Below, one piece after another: positions 29,399 through 38,469 of a stretch of DNA of 48,845 nt; position 1 is the first letter of the stretch, and each line of letters opens with the position of its first letter. The translations under genes and the position numbers were made by a program. The DNA is from Elusimicrobiota bacterium. Lineage in GTDB: Bacteria; Elusimicrobiota; Elusimicrobia; Elusimicrobiales; UBA9959. The stretch covers positions 1 to 48,845 of the forward strand of contig DAIENX010000055.1 of assembly GCA_027340875.1 (NCBI GenBank), given 5' to 3'. A model generated the notes under the pieces. That model ran no database searches. It saw only the letters and a list, made by a program, of their open reading frames with translations, and was not told the origin of the DNA.

Positions 29399-30607
29399 TT
29401 ACTTGGATGTGAACAGGTGCCCCAGCTTGCTGCGCTTGGTGCGCAGGTAGCGGGCATTGTGCCTGTTCGGCGGTATCACGAGCGGCACGCGCCCCACGAT
29501 CTCCAGACCGTAGCCGCCCAGGCCCACTATCTTGCGCGGGTTGTTCGTGATCAGGCGCAGGCGGCGCAGGCCCAGATCGCAGAGTATCTGCGCGCCGATG
29601 CCGTAGTCCCGCAGGTCGGCGGCGAAACCCAGCGCCTCGTTGGCCGTCACGGTGTCGTAACCTTTGTCCTGCAGGCTGTAAGCCTTGATCTTGTTGGCCA
29701 GGCCTATGCCGCGGCCCTCCTGGCGCATATAGATGACGGCGCCGGCGCCCTCCCTGGCTATCATCTTCATGGCGGCGTGCAGCTGGGGGCCGCAGTCGCA
29801 GCGACAAGAGCCGAACACGTCCCCGGTCAGACACTCGGAATGGACGCGCACCAGCGCCGGGTCGCCTATCCTGCCGAAGGTGAGGGCGGCGTGCTCCATG
29901 CCGGTGAGACGCTCGCGGTAGATAGTGATGGCGAAGCGGCCGAACTCCGTCGGCAGATCGGCCGAGGAGGTCTTCTCGACCAGAGATTCCTTGCGGCGGC
30001 GGTACTCTATAAGCGAGGCTATCGTGCCGATCTTCAGCCCGTGCCGGACGGCGAAGCGCAGCAGCTGGGGCATGCGCGCCATGGACCCGTCCGGATTCAT
30101 GATCTCGCAGATGACCCCGGCGCCGGACAGGCCGGCGAGGCGCACCAGGTCGGTACAGGCCTCCGTGTGGCCGGCGCGCGCCAGCACGCCGCCGGGGCGG
30201 GCTTTGAGAGGGAAGATATGGCCGGGGCGGGTGAGGTCTCCGGGGATGGCGGCCGCGTTGGATAGCACCTTGATGGTCCGGGCGCGGTCCGCGGCCGAGA
30301 TGCCGGTGGTCACGCCTTTCGAGGCGTCCACGGAGATCAGCCAGTTGGTGCGGTAGGGATCCTTGTTCTCCCGCTCCATCTGGAAAAGGTCCAGCGCCTC
30401 GGCCCTGTCGCCGGTGAGAGGGGCGCAGATCAGGCCCCGGCCGTACCTGGCCATGAAGTTGATCTTCTCGGCCGTGGCGAAGCGGCCGGCCATCAGCAGG
30501 TCGCCCTCGTTCTCGCGGCCCTCGTCGTCGGTGATGACCACCATGCGGCCGCGCCTGATATCGGAAACTATGTCTTCTACCGGTGAGAACCTGTTCTTTT
30601 TAGCCAT
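29399..30607 (-). CDS. ribBA: Bifunctional DHBP synthase / GTP cyclohydrolase II
   Basis: DDEGRENEGD, TTGISAADR, RPGHIFPL, GHTEA; RVHSECLTGDVFGSCRCDCG, QEGRGIGL, RDYGIGAQIL, TNNPRK. Start set at ATG 30607 because the longer ORF runs into the riboswitch. Confidence 0.96.
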   Translation of the reverse strand: MAKKNRFSPVEDIVSDIRRGRMVVITDDEGRENEGDLLMAGRFATAEKINFMARYGRGLICAPLTGDRAEALDLFQMERENKDPYRTNWLISVDASKGVTTGISAADRARTIKVLSNAAAIPGDLTRPGHIFPLKARPGGVLARAGHTEACTDLVRLAGLSGAGVICEIMNPDGSMARMPQLLRFAVRHGLKIGTIASLIEYRRRKESLVEKTSSADLPTEFGRFAITIYRERLTGMEHAALTFGRIGDPALVRVHSECLTGDVFGSCRCDCGPQLHAAMKMIAREGAGAVIYMRQEGRGIGLANKIKAYSLQDKGYDTVTANEALGFAADLRDYGIGAQILCDLGLRRLRLITNNPRKIVGLGGYGLEIVGRVPLVIPPNRHNARYLRTKRSKLGHLFTSK

Positions 30608-30636
30608 AAAAAAAGCCCTGAAGTTCTCTTCAGGGC
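30608..30636 (-). terminator. Riboswitch expression-platform terminator
   Basis: GCCCTGAAG-AGAA-CTTCAGGGC-TTTTTTT immediately before the ribBA ATG; the 5' arm can alternatively pair with the aptamer's 5' CTTCAGGGC. Confidence 0.85.
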
Positions 30637-30725
30637 CGGAGGGGATTCGTCCGCGGGCCGTACAACGGCGCGCGTCGGAGCGGTCGCTGGCATAAACGCC
30701 ATCACCGGTCGCGATTGCTTCCCGT

Positions 30726-30845
30726 GTCCTTCTTTCATCCGGACTATACCGTCGACTCCGGAGTTTCACCGGATCTGCCTCGGCCGCCAGGCCTTGGCTT
30801 GCGGGTTATACCGCCGGTGGGGAATTTCACCCCGCCCTGAAGGAC
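30726..30845 (-). ncRNA. FMN riboswitch (RFN element)
   Basis: GTCCTTCAGGGCGGGGTGAAATTCCCCACCGGCGGT...GCAGATCCGGTGAAACTCCGGAGTCGACGGTATAGTCCGGATGAAAGAAGGAC upstream of the rib operon. Confidence 0.97.
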
Positions 30846-30854
30846 TGCTGGGAT

Positions 30855-30863
30855 ATTATATCA
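30855..30863 (-). promoter_or_regulatory. Extended -10 promoter (TGaTATAAT) of the rib leader
   Basis: Perfect TGnTATAAT 9 nt upstream of the aptamer P1. Confidence 0.7.
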
Positions 30864-30866
30864 CTT

Positions 30867-33800
30867 TCAGAAGCAGTTGCCGACGCCCTTCGAGCCGGCC
30901 AGCGCCCACTGCCCGGCCGCCGTGCCGGTGGAGACGCAGAGGTCGCTGATGCTGGAGTTGAAGACCACCGCGCCCACGGCGGGCGGCGAAGCCGCCTGCA
31001 GCTGGGCCGTGGTCATGGAGCGGGGCTGCCAGTAGCCCTCAGCGGTGAAAGTGGACTTGGAGGTCCCGGAGCCGAACTGGGCGGAGCCGTTCACGTCCAG
31101 CCTGGCCTGCGGCGAGGAAGCGCCGATGCCGACGTTCCCGTAGTTGGTCACGACCAGCGTGGAGCCGATGACCGAGAAGGCGGTCTGCGTTCCGGACAGG
31201 CCGCCGCCCTCCACGGTAAGCGAGGAACGGAATACGCCAAGCCCGGCCACGTCCAGCTTGGCCTGCGGAGCCCCGGTGCCCACGCCGGTATAGCCGGTGC
31301 CGGTGCTGACATAGAACGAAGCTATCGTGCGGTCGGCCCCTACGAGGAAGCTGCCCGCCGAGTGCAGCCCTTCCACCGGGCTGCCCGTCCCTACGCCGGT
31401 GTAGCCGGTGGCGGTGCTGACGTAGAGGCTGGCCGCTGCGCGGTTGGCGCCGACCAGCATGCTGGAGGCCACGTGCAGGCCTTCGGCCGGCGCGCCCGTG
31501 CTGACGCCCACGTAGGGGTATAAGCCGGAGGCGTTGCCGGTGGACACGTAGAACGCGGGGGACTTGCCTTCGCCGCTGACGGTCATGTTCGTTAGGACAT
31601 GGAAGCGGGAATTCGGCACGAAGCTCGAGAGGGCGGAACCTATAATGAAGGAGCCGTTATCAGCCGCATTACTGCCCTTTATCCGGAATACCTGCAGACC
31701 GTCGTTCAGAGAGGTGGCGTAAGAGCGGTATACCAGGTCGCGCTCGCCTGACTTCATTCCTAGCACGCCTTTCTGCGTCGCTACGCCCTCGTCCCAGCGT
31801 ATGTAGGAGCTGCCGGCGACGTCGGGGAAAAGCTGAAGGACCACGTCGTTTCCGCCCTTATTGTCTATGCGCGCCACGCCCTTGACGTGAAGCTCGGTCG
31901 TGGGATTGAACAGGTCCCCGATGGCCACCCTGGAGTTGACGTAGACGGCCGTGCTGAAGATCACGGCGTCGTACAGGCCCCCGGCTCTGGCGGTAACGGT
32001 GGCGATGTCGAGTATGCCGGGCAGAGCGGCGGTCTGGAGGTTGGTCAGGCCGGAGCCGTCGCCGAAGAAGCCTCCCTGCGCGGTTATGGAGGAGACGGCG
32101 AGGACGTCGCCGTTAACGGTAAGGGTGTGCGACTGGGTGGTGGTGCTGAGCGAGACCCTGCCGGTCTGCGTGCTGACGAAGAGCACCGCGCGCGCCGAGG
32201 AGCTGCTGACAAGCAGGCTGGTCAGCACGTGGAAACGCTCGCGCGGCTGGTTCTGCGGGGAGGAGTCCGTGCCGATGCCGAAGTTCCAGCTGGCGTTGTT
32301 GTCGGACGTTATCCTGAAGACCTCGCTGCCCCCGTTGTACGGGTCTGTTCCCATGGCCCTGTAGATCAGGTTGCGGGAGCCGGGGGCGTAGCCGAAGACG
32401 CCCTGGGCCGAACCGTTGACGAAAAGCGAACCCGGATCGGCCCAGCGTATATAGTTATAGCCGTTGTTGGCCGTCATGAGCAGGTTGGCGTCGCCGCCGG
32501 CCGGCAACGTATTGGTGATGGCCAGCCTCTCCTGCACGTCAAGAGGGGCGGTCGGATCGAGCTGATGCACCCCGACGTAGCCGGTGGTGGTCACCACCAG
32601 GTTGTATTGCGTCTGCGTCCCCACGGTCAACGCGTACTTGCTGGAGTTCCCGTAAGAGGTGACCGTAAGGCTGCTCCCGAGCACGGTGAAGTTGCCGGTG
32701 ACGGTATCCCCGGTCCTCAGCAGCCTGGCGGGGTCGTTCCCGGTCACATTGGTAAGCTGCGAGCCGTTGCCGACGAAATACGGGGCGTCCACCACTCCGG
32801 CGCGGACCTTGATGCCGCTGGCCGTGTCGACGCTGTACGTCGTGGCTACGTCCCAGCCCCAGAAGGTGCCGGAAGTCGCGGTCACGTTGTAGAAAGTCCC
32901 GGTGCCGTTCGTGGCGTTCACCGCCGAAGCGTAGATCGCCCCGGCCGCGGTGACGCTGGAAGCGGAGTAGATGCCGCCGCTGTTCACCGTCAGGGCGTGG
33001 GTATAGGGGGCTCCGCCCACGGCCACCTTTCCTCCGGAAACTGTCAGCGTGGACCCTCCCACGGAGAAGGCGTTGCCCGTGACCGTCAGCGTGGCGCCAG
33101 ATATCGTGAGCTGTCCGGTCATAGTATCGCCTGCTTTCAATACTTTCGAGGTGTCCGAGGAGACGACGTTCAACAGGCCGCGGCCGTCGCCGTAGAAATA
33201 GCCCGCCGTGTAGACGTTGGAGCTGAAAAACACCCCGCCGTAATACGCGGCCGAGGCGGACGAAACGGTCACGTTGGGCCCGAACTTGACCGCCGGCGTA
33301 TAGAGACCGTTAGGGGAGGTCACGCTGAGCGTGGACCCGGCCAGCGTGAGAGGCCCGGTCATCGTATCTCCGGCGCTGCGCAATATGCCGGACAGCGTGG
33401 TGCCGTCTCCGTAATAGGAGCCGCCGGAGACCTGGCCGAGGCCGTTGACCTTGAAGAGCTGGCTGGTCCCGGTGGAGACCAGCAGCAGGTCGCCGGTCGC
33501 GCCGGCCGCGGACGAGACGTGCAGCCTTGCCAGCGGCGCCGAGTTGCTTTCGCCGATCCCCACGTTGCCGGGGTTGATCGTGTAGATGTTGATGCCTGAG
33601 ATGTCCCACATCGTGAACGCCGCGGCGCGCGTCTGGATGGAGCCGTCGGGGAACTTGAAGCCGCCGGTGGAGCTCTCTACGATGCCGGCCACGGCCAGCG
33701 TCTGGCCGGGCGAGATGCTGCCTACGGAGATGCCGCCCTCTACGAACAGGTTGGTGGAGATGGTGATGGCCCCGTTAGCCGTATACGGCAGGGCGCCTAT

Positions 33801-34289
33801 CGTGTCGGCATAGAAGACCGGGGTGGCCACGCTGGCGGTGGTGGCGTACACGGAGCTGAAGGCGTACGGGGACGACTGCAGCTTGACGCGCGGGGACATG
33901 GCCTCGAAAGGTCCTGCGCAATCGCCGTCGGCGTCCACCTGGATCTCCAGCCAGAGGCCGTCGTTCTCGGAGAAGATGGAGGCCGGGACGCCGCCGGCGG
34001 TGCCGGAGCCTATCTCCACGTCGTAGCGGCCTTTGGTCACCTTCACGTCGCAGCGGGTCTCGGAGAAGAGCTGGCCGGTAATGCCGGTGGGGGAATTGTA
34101 GATCCGGAACTTGAAATCCTGCGGGGTCTCTACCGGCAGGTTGGTCACCTTGCTTATCAGGTAGCCCTGGTAATGTATGGTGGGGGTGATGACGCAGGAA
34201 GCGGGGGACGCCCAGAAGGCCAGCAGCGCTCCGAGCAGGGCCGCTCTGGCGGCTCCGGGGGTTTTTGAAGGTGCGTGACCGTGGTTCAT
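30867..34289 (-). CDS. Large secreted Ser/Thr/Gly-rich fibre-like (phage tail-fibre-repeat) surface protein
   Basis: Signal peptide; N-terminal YQGYL...WLEIQV...PRVKLQSSPYA domain; repeats GNVGIG..P..RLHV, (F/Y)xGxG..L and (K/S/T)(A)GDT(M/V)TG; SD GGAGG. Confidence 0.8.
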   Translation of the reverse strand: MNHGHAPSKTPGAARAALLGALLAFWASPASCVITPTIHYQGYLISKVTNLPVETPQDFKFRIYNSPTGITGQLFSETRCDVKVTKGRYDVEIGSGTAGGVPASIFSENDGLWLEIQVDADGDCAGPFEAMSPRVKLQSSPYAFSSVYATTASVATPVFYADTIGALPYTANGAITISTNLFVEGGISVGSISPGQTLAVAGIVESSTGGFKFPDGSIQTRAAAFTMWDISGINIYTINPGNVGIGESNSAPLARLHVSSAAGATGDLLLVSTGTSQLFKVNGLGQVSGGSYYGDGTTLSGILRSAGDTMTGPLTLAGSTLSVTSPNGLYTPAVKFGPNVTVSSASAAYYGGVFFSSNVYTAGYFYGDGRGLLNVVSSDTSKVLKAGDTMTGQLTISGATLTVTGNAFSVGGSTLTVSGGKVAVGGAPYTHALTVNSGGIYSASSVTAAGAIYASAVNATNGTGTFYNVTATSGTFWGWDVATTYSVDTASGIKVRAGVVDAPYFVGNGSQLTNVTGNDPARLLRTGDTVTGNFTVLGSSLTVTSYGNSSKYALTVGTQTQYNLVVTTTGYVGVHQLDPTAPLDVQERLAITNTLPAGGDANLLMTANNGYNYIRWADPGSLFVNGSAQGVFGYAPGSRNLIYRAMGTDPYNGGSEVFRITSDNNASWNFGIGTDSSPQNQPRERFHVLTSLLVSSSSARAVLFVSTQTGRVSLSTTTQSHTLTVNGDVLAVSSITAQGGFFGDGSGLTNLQTAALPGILDIATVTARAGGLYDAVIFSTAVYVNSRVAIGDLFNPTTELHVKGVARIDNKGGNDVVLQLFPDVAGSSYIRWDEGVATQKGVLGMKSGERDLVYRSYATSLNDGLQVFRIKGSNAADNGSFIIGSALSSFVPNSRFHVLTNMTVSGEGKSPAFYVSTGNASGLYPYVGVSTGAPAEGLHVASSMLVGANRAAASLYVSTATGYTGVGTGSPVEGLHSAGSFLVGADRTIASFYVSTGTGYTGVGTGAPQAKLDVAGLGVFRSSLTVEGGGLSGTQTAFSVIGSTLVVTNYGNVGIGASSPQARLDVNGSAQFGSGTSKSTFTAEGYWQPRSMTTAQLQAASPPAVGAVVFNSSISDLCVSTGTAAGQWALAGSKGVGNCF
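31270..31555 (-). repeat. Tandem ~37-aa (111-nt) coding repeats in the fibre protein
   Basis: Units of YVSTxTGYTGVGTGxPxEGLHxAxSxLVGAxRxxAS; CGGTGCTGAC recurs at 31301 and 31412. Confidence 0.75.
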
Positions 34290-34303
34290 AGTTCCTCCGC
34301 TCG

Positions 34304-35920
34304 CTATCTGACCACCACTATGGTGCCGTTGTAGACCTTGGAATCGCCTTCCAGCTGGTAGATATAGACGCCGCCCGGCACCACCTGGCCTCCGGCTTTC
34401 GCGTCCCAGACCAGGGAATTGGCCACCGGGCCGGGCTTCATCGTCGCCACGAGGGCGCCGTGCAGGTCGAAGATCCTGCCCTTGATGTGCTTTTCCTCGG
34501 GGTTGTCGAAGATGAACACCATCGTATCATTTTTCCCGTCGCCGTTAGGAGTTATCAGACGGTTCAGCAGGCCGGCTCTGTCGGCGCTGAACGCGCCGGT
34601 CCGCTCGGTGAGGCGCAGCTGATAGCGGCCGAGCAGGCGGGTGGAGAGCTTTACGCTGTGCTCGGTCTCGTTGACGACGCCGAACATCTGCAGCCAGCGC
34701 GACCCGTTGAAATAGTACATGCTGAGCGCCTTGGCGTCGGTAGCTCCGGAGGGGACTATGGAGCCGCCCGCTTTGGAGTAGTACATCTTCAGCGTGCCCT
34801 CCTTCTCCAGCTGGAAGAGCGGGTCCGGGCGCAGGCCGCCGCGGTAGGCGGAGAACTCGACCGACTTGACCACGCGGCCGGTGAGGTCCGCCTGGTGCGT
34901 GGAGATCTCCAGCGTATAGACGTCCATGGGGTCCACGGAGGAGGAGAAGAAGGAGCCGGTGCCCTCCTGCGGCACCTCGAAGATGCTCTGGTTGTCGGGG
35001 GCCAGGAAGTACAGCCCCCCGCTGTCGCTGGACCTTGCGTACGACGGGAACGAGAGGCCGGCCTGGTTCATGGCCCTGGCATGGTAGTAATAGGGGTCCG
35101 CGGTAGGGACTATGTCCGTCCAGGTGAGCGTGTCGGTGGAGACGTCGGCTATCTGGACCCACTCGGCGTCGGCCGGCGCGGTGGCGCGGTACACCTCGTA
35201 GCGCTTGACCTCGTAGGGATAGGACGGGTGGAAGCGGTCGTCGAAGGCTATACGGTTCTGGTAGCCGGCCGGCGGGATCCAGGTCATCGTCACGGCGTTA
35301 CCGCTGCGCGACAGCTTGAAGTTCATCGGCGCGAGCGGGACCAGCGCGAACGCCGCCGCCGGGTTGGAGAGCTCGGAGCGTATGGAATGCCCGTTCAGCG
35401 TCTCGAGAGCGAAATAATAGGTGGTGCCGGCGTTGAAACCCTCTATGATCCTGGTCTCGCCGGCGCCGGGTGCCTGCGGGTCCCAGGCCTGCACGAACGA
35501 GGAGGCGGAATAGAAACCGTCGTCGCTGGTGATGAACCCGACGGTGCTGTAGCGCAGTATGTAGTACTCCACAGGCTCCGCGGCCCGGCTGGCGTCGGCG
35601 GAGGGGGCGGTCCAGGTGAGGCGTATGGAATAGCTGGACACGATGACCGGCGTCAGGTCGAAGACCGGGGCTGGCACTGGGAAATAGGACAGCCTGCCGG
35701 ACCTGCCTATAAGCGCGGAGGTCCCAGCGCTGGAGACCACCAACTCTTCCACCGAAGCGGCCTGCTCGAAGTTGGGGGAGATCATGTACTGCGACCCTTC
35801 GTCGTAGCGCCCGCTGACGTCGATGAACGTGGACGAGGCGAGCCGGGCCCCGAACGACGGCGCGGCCGGCACGAGCGCCGCCAGCAGCAGCGCGGCGATG
35901 ACCTTTCCTGTATTCCTCAC
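34304..35920 (-). CDS. Secreted fibronectin-type-III protein with a gliding-motility-associated (T9SS type B-like) C-terminal domain
   Basis: FN3-like LTWTAP...YILRYS...GTTYYFAL and MTWIPP...YEVYRA...YYY. C-terminus LITPNGDGKND..IFDLHG..WD..PGGVYIYQL..YNGTIVVVR. Start set at GTG 35920, where the signal peptide begins 7 nt after TATAAT. Confidence 0.8.
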   Translation of the reverse strand: MRNTGKVIAALLLAALVPAAPSFGARLASSTFIDVSGRYDEGSQYMISPNFEQAASVEELVVSSAGTSALIGRSGRLSYFPVPAPVFDLTPVIVSSYSIRLTWTAPSADASRAAEPVEYYILRYSTVGFITSDDGFYSASSFVQAWDPQAPGAGETRIIEGFNAGTTYYFALETLNGHSIRSELSNPAAAFALVPLAPMNFKLSRSGNAVTMTWIPPAGYQNRIAFDDRFHPSYPYEVKRYEVYRATAPADAEWVQIADVSTDTLTWTDIVPTADPYYYHARAMNQAGLSFPSYARSSDSGGLYFLAPDNQSIFEVPQEGTGSFFSSSVDPMDVYTLEISTHQADLTGRVVKSVEFSAYRGGLRPDPLFQLEKEGTLKMYYSKAGGSIVPSGATDAKALSMYYFNGSRWLQMFGVVNETEHSVKLSTRLLGRYQLRLTERTGAFSADRAGLLNRLITPNGDGKNDTMVFIFDNPEEKHIKGRIFDLHGALVATMKPGPVANSLVWDAKAGGQVVPGGVYIYQLEGDSKVYNGTIVVVR

Positions 35921-35927
35921 GAGTAAG

Positions 35928-36030
35928 ATTATACCCGGGGCATGCGACCAAAATATTACGAACAGATTACTTTTCGACGGGCAAAATTCCATAAATCCGC
36001 AACAAAACAGTCACAAGTGAAAAGTAAAAT
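35928..36030. promoter_or_regulatory. Divergent promoter region between the two CTD genes
   Basis: Minus-strand TATAAT (35933-35928) 7 nt before GTG 35920; plus-strand TAAAAT (36025-36030) 8 nt before ATG 36039. Confidence 0.55.
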
Positions 36031-36038
36031 AAACCTGT

Positions 36039-36446
36039 ATGAAGTGCCCGTACCGCGCTCTCTGCCTGCTGGCCGCCGCCGCTCTGGCGCCGGCTTCCGC
36101 TTTTGCGGCCGCCTCGGCGCTGGGCGAGTCGAAGGCCATGAGCCGGCTGGTGACCCCCAACGGCGACGGCAGGAACGACACCTTCATCTTCCGTTGCCAC
36201 AATCCGCGGGACTCCGCCATAGAAGCCAGGATCTACGATCTCCACGGGGGGGAAGTGGGCAAGATGCGGCTCAGACAGCGCTCCAACGGTTCAGACCCCT
36301 TCGCCGGCAGGGACGACGCTTCCGGCATCTATTACGATCTCGAATGGGACCCGAACTCCGGCGCGAAGGTCCCGGGCGGCGTTTACATGTACCAGATCAC
36401 GGTGGAGACCAAGGTCTACAAGGGAACGGTCGTAGTAATAAGGTAA
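36039..36446 (+). CDS. Signal peptide plus stand-alone gliding-motility-associated C-terminal domain
   Basis: LVTPNGDGRNDTFIF..RIYDLHG..WD..PGGVYMYQI..YKGTVVVIR makes up nearly the whole mature protein. Confidence 0.8.
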   Translation: MKCPYRALCLLAAAALAPASAFAAASALGESKAMSRLVTPNGDGRNDTFIFRCHNPRDSAIEARIYDLHGGEVGKMRLRQRSNGSDPFAGRDDASGIYYDLEWDPNSGAKVPGGVYMYQITVETKVYKGTVVVIR

Positions 36447-36455
36447 GACAAGGCT

Positions 36456-38426
36456 ATGACATCACGGAAAGGAAGGCTCCTGGCGGTCCTGGCGGCGGCG
36501 CTGTTCGCCTGCCGTGCCGCGTCCTACGCCGCCTTCGAGGACATGGGCTTCGGGGCCCGCGCTCCCGGCATGGGAGACGCCTTCACCGGCGTGGCCGACG
36601 ATATCTCTTCCGTGCATTACAATCCGGCCGGCCTCTCCAGCATCGAGAGACCTAAGGCGCTGGCCACTCACTCGCTGTTCCATACCGGTCTGAGCGACGG
36701 CTCGAATCTGGGCCTGAGCGCGGGCGCCTTCGCGCTGCCGCTGTCCGACGGGCGCAACGGCACGCTGGCGGCGGCCTGGGAGGAATTCTCGCTTTCCGGG
36801 ATCTACTATGAGAAGACCGGCCTGCTCTCCTGGGGCTACCGGATGCCGAAGAACTCCCGCTACGAAAAGTTCTCGATCGGCGCCTCGCTGAAGTATCTCT
36901 CCCACGGCTTCGCCAGGCTGGACGAGACTTACAACGCCGTTGAGAGCAACCTCTCCCAGAACGGGGCCACGGACCCGGTGCTGGCCGGCAACAACGCCGT
37001 TTCAGCGGTGGACGCCGACCTCGGGGCGCTGTACAGGCTGGACAAGCGCTGGACGCTCGGAGCCGCGGTACTCAACGCGATGCAGGCCAACGTGGCCTTC
37101 GGGGACCAGAAGGACCCGGTGCCGATGAAGATGCGCGCCGGCGCTTCTTTCAAGAGCCTCTGGCTGCTGCTGGCCGCGGACGCCCGCCTGCAGAAGGGTC
37201 CCGACGGCAAGATGGACAAGCAGTTCATTTTCGCGGCCGAGAAGGTGTTCCCCAGCCTGGACAAGGGCGAGTTCGGCATACGCGGCTCGCTCGGCGCCGG
37301 CGACAGGGAATTCAAGCAGGGCACACTGGGCTTCTCCTACAAGATACAGCGCATCCAGTTCGACTACGGCTTCATGATGCCGATAGGGACCCTGAAGGAG
37401 ACCTCCGGCAATCACCGCCTGGCCCTTACCTACCATTTCGGCAGCCCGACGCAGGCGGAGCTGGCCGAGACCGAGCTGCTGGACCAGTACAAGCGCCTCA
37501 GGGAGGCGGAGAACTTCCGCGGCGCCAGGGACACCGCCAGCCTCGACGACCCGCGCCTGACACAGGTGAAGGAGCAGGTCGACGCCGAGAATTTCTACGC
37601 CGCCAACAAGCTGCTGGTGGCAAAGGCGGGCGAGCTGCTGCCCGACTCCTCTGTGGTCAACCTGACCCGCCGGCTGGCCGCGGTCGCCGCGTATTTCCCG
37701 TCGCTGGCAGTCCAGGACCGGGACAAGACCCGCTCGGAGCAACTGCTGTCCGCCGGCGTGCAGAACTTCCTGCGCGGGCGCGACATCCGGGCGATGAAGC
37801 AGCTAGCCTATGCCCAGAGCCTGAACCAGCAGGACTCCTCGCTTTCCAACTTCCTGGACAAGGCGGGCGAGATAACCCGCATCGCCCCGGACCGCGTCCC
37901 GAACGACTTCAGCCGCGGCTGGCCCGAGTACAAGATGTCCCAGTCCGACGACCTCTACGCCAAGAAGAAGCACGCCGAGGCGCTGCGCAAGCTCGAGGAG
38001 CTGCTGGACATCGAGCCCAACAACCTGATGGCCCTGAAGAAGAGCGGCTCCTGCGACTACATGCTCAACTTCTACAGCCGCGCGATGGCCGCCTGGGAAA
38101 AGGCCATGGCGGAGGAGAAGGATCCCGACGAGAAGGCCAAGCTGGCCAAGATGATAGAGCAGGCCAAGAGCAAACGCGGGCAGGAGGCCGCCTGGGAGCC
38201 TCCCGGCGGAGCTTACGAGCCGCCGGAAGGTGAACAGCAGCAGGCGCAGACCGGCAAGTCCAGGAACGCCAGGGAGATAGAGAAACTCTACCAGGCCGGC
38301 GCCGACTACTACGCCAAAGGCGACTACGGCAAGGCGGCCGACGCCTTCCGCAAGATACTGACGCTCGACCCGCAGAACGGCCAGGCCAAGAAGGCCCTGG
38401 AGCGGATAATAAGGCTCTCCCGCTGA
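36456..38426 (+). CDS. PorV/PorP-like outer-membrane beta-barrel fused to C-terminal TPR repeats
   Basis: GARAPGMGDAFTGVADD.S.VHYNPAGL motif; alternating beta strands ending HRLALTYHFG; then helical TPRs (YYAKGDYGKAADAFRKILTLDPQNGQA). Confidence 0.78.
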   Translation: MTSRKGRLLAVLAAALFACRAASYAAFEDMGFGARAPGMGDAFTGVADDISSVHYNPAGLSSIERPKALATHSLFHTGLSDGSNLGLSAGAFALPLSDGRNGTLAAAWEEFSLSGIYYEKTGLLSWGYRMPKNSRYEKFSIGASLKYLSHGFARLDETYNAVESNLSQNGATDPVLAGNNAVSAVDADLGALYRLDKRWTLGAAVLNAMQANVAFGDQKDPVPMKMRAGASFKSLWLLLAADARLQKGPDGKMDKQFIFAAEKVFPSLDKGEFGIRGSLGAGDREFKQGTLGFSYKIQRIQFDYGFMMPIGTLKETSGNHRLALTYHFGSPTQAELAETELLDQYKRLREAENFRGARDTASLDDPRLTQVKEQVDAENFYAANKLLVAKAGELLPDSSVVNLTRRLAAVAAYFPSLAVQDRDKTRSEQLLSAGVQNFLRGRDIRAMKQLAYAQSLNQQDSSLSNFLDKAGEITRIAPDRVPNDFSRGWPEYKMSQSDDLYAKKKHAEALRKLEELLDIEPNNLMALKKSGSCDYMLNFYSRAMAAWEKAMAEEKDPDEKAKLAKMIEQAKSKRGQEAAWEPPGGAYEPPEGEQQQAQTGKSRNAREIEKLYQAGADYYAKGDYGKAADAFRKILTLDPQNGQAKKALERIIRLSR

Positions 38427-38469
38427 CAGGGAACCGTGCGGCTTGCCGCCGCCGGATCAGGATCGTCCC

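Noticed and set aside
30608..30769. N-terminal extension of ribBA in the ORF track
   Set aside because: Runs through the FMN aptamer and its terminator.
30867..34289. Prophage tail gene
   Set aside because: Has a Sec signal peptide and no phage structural, lysis or integrase genes around it.
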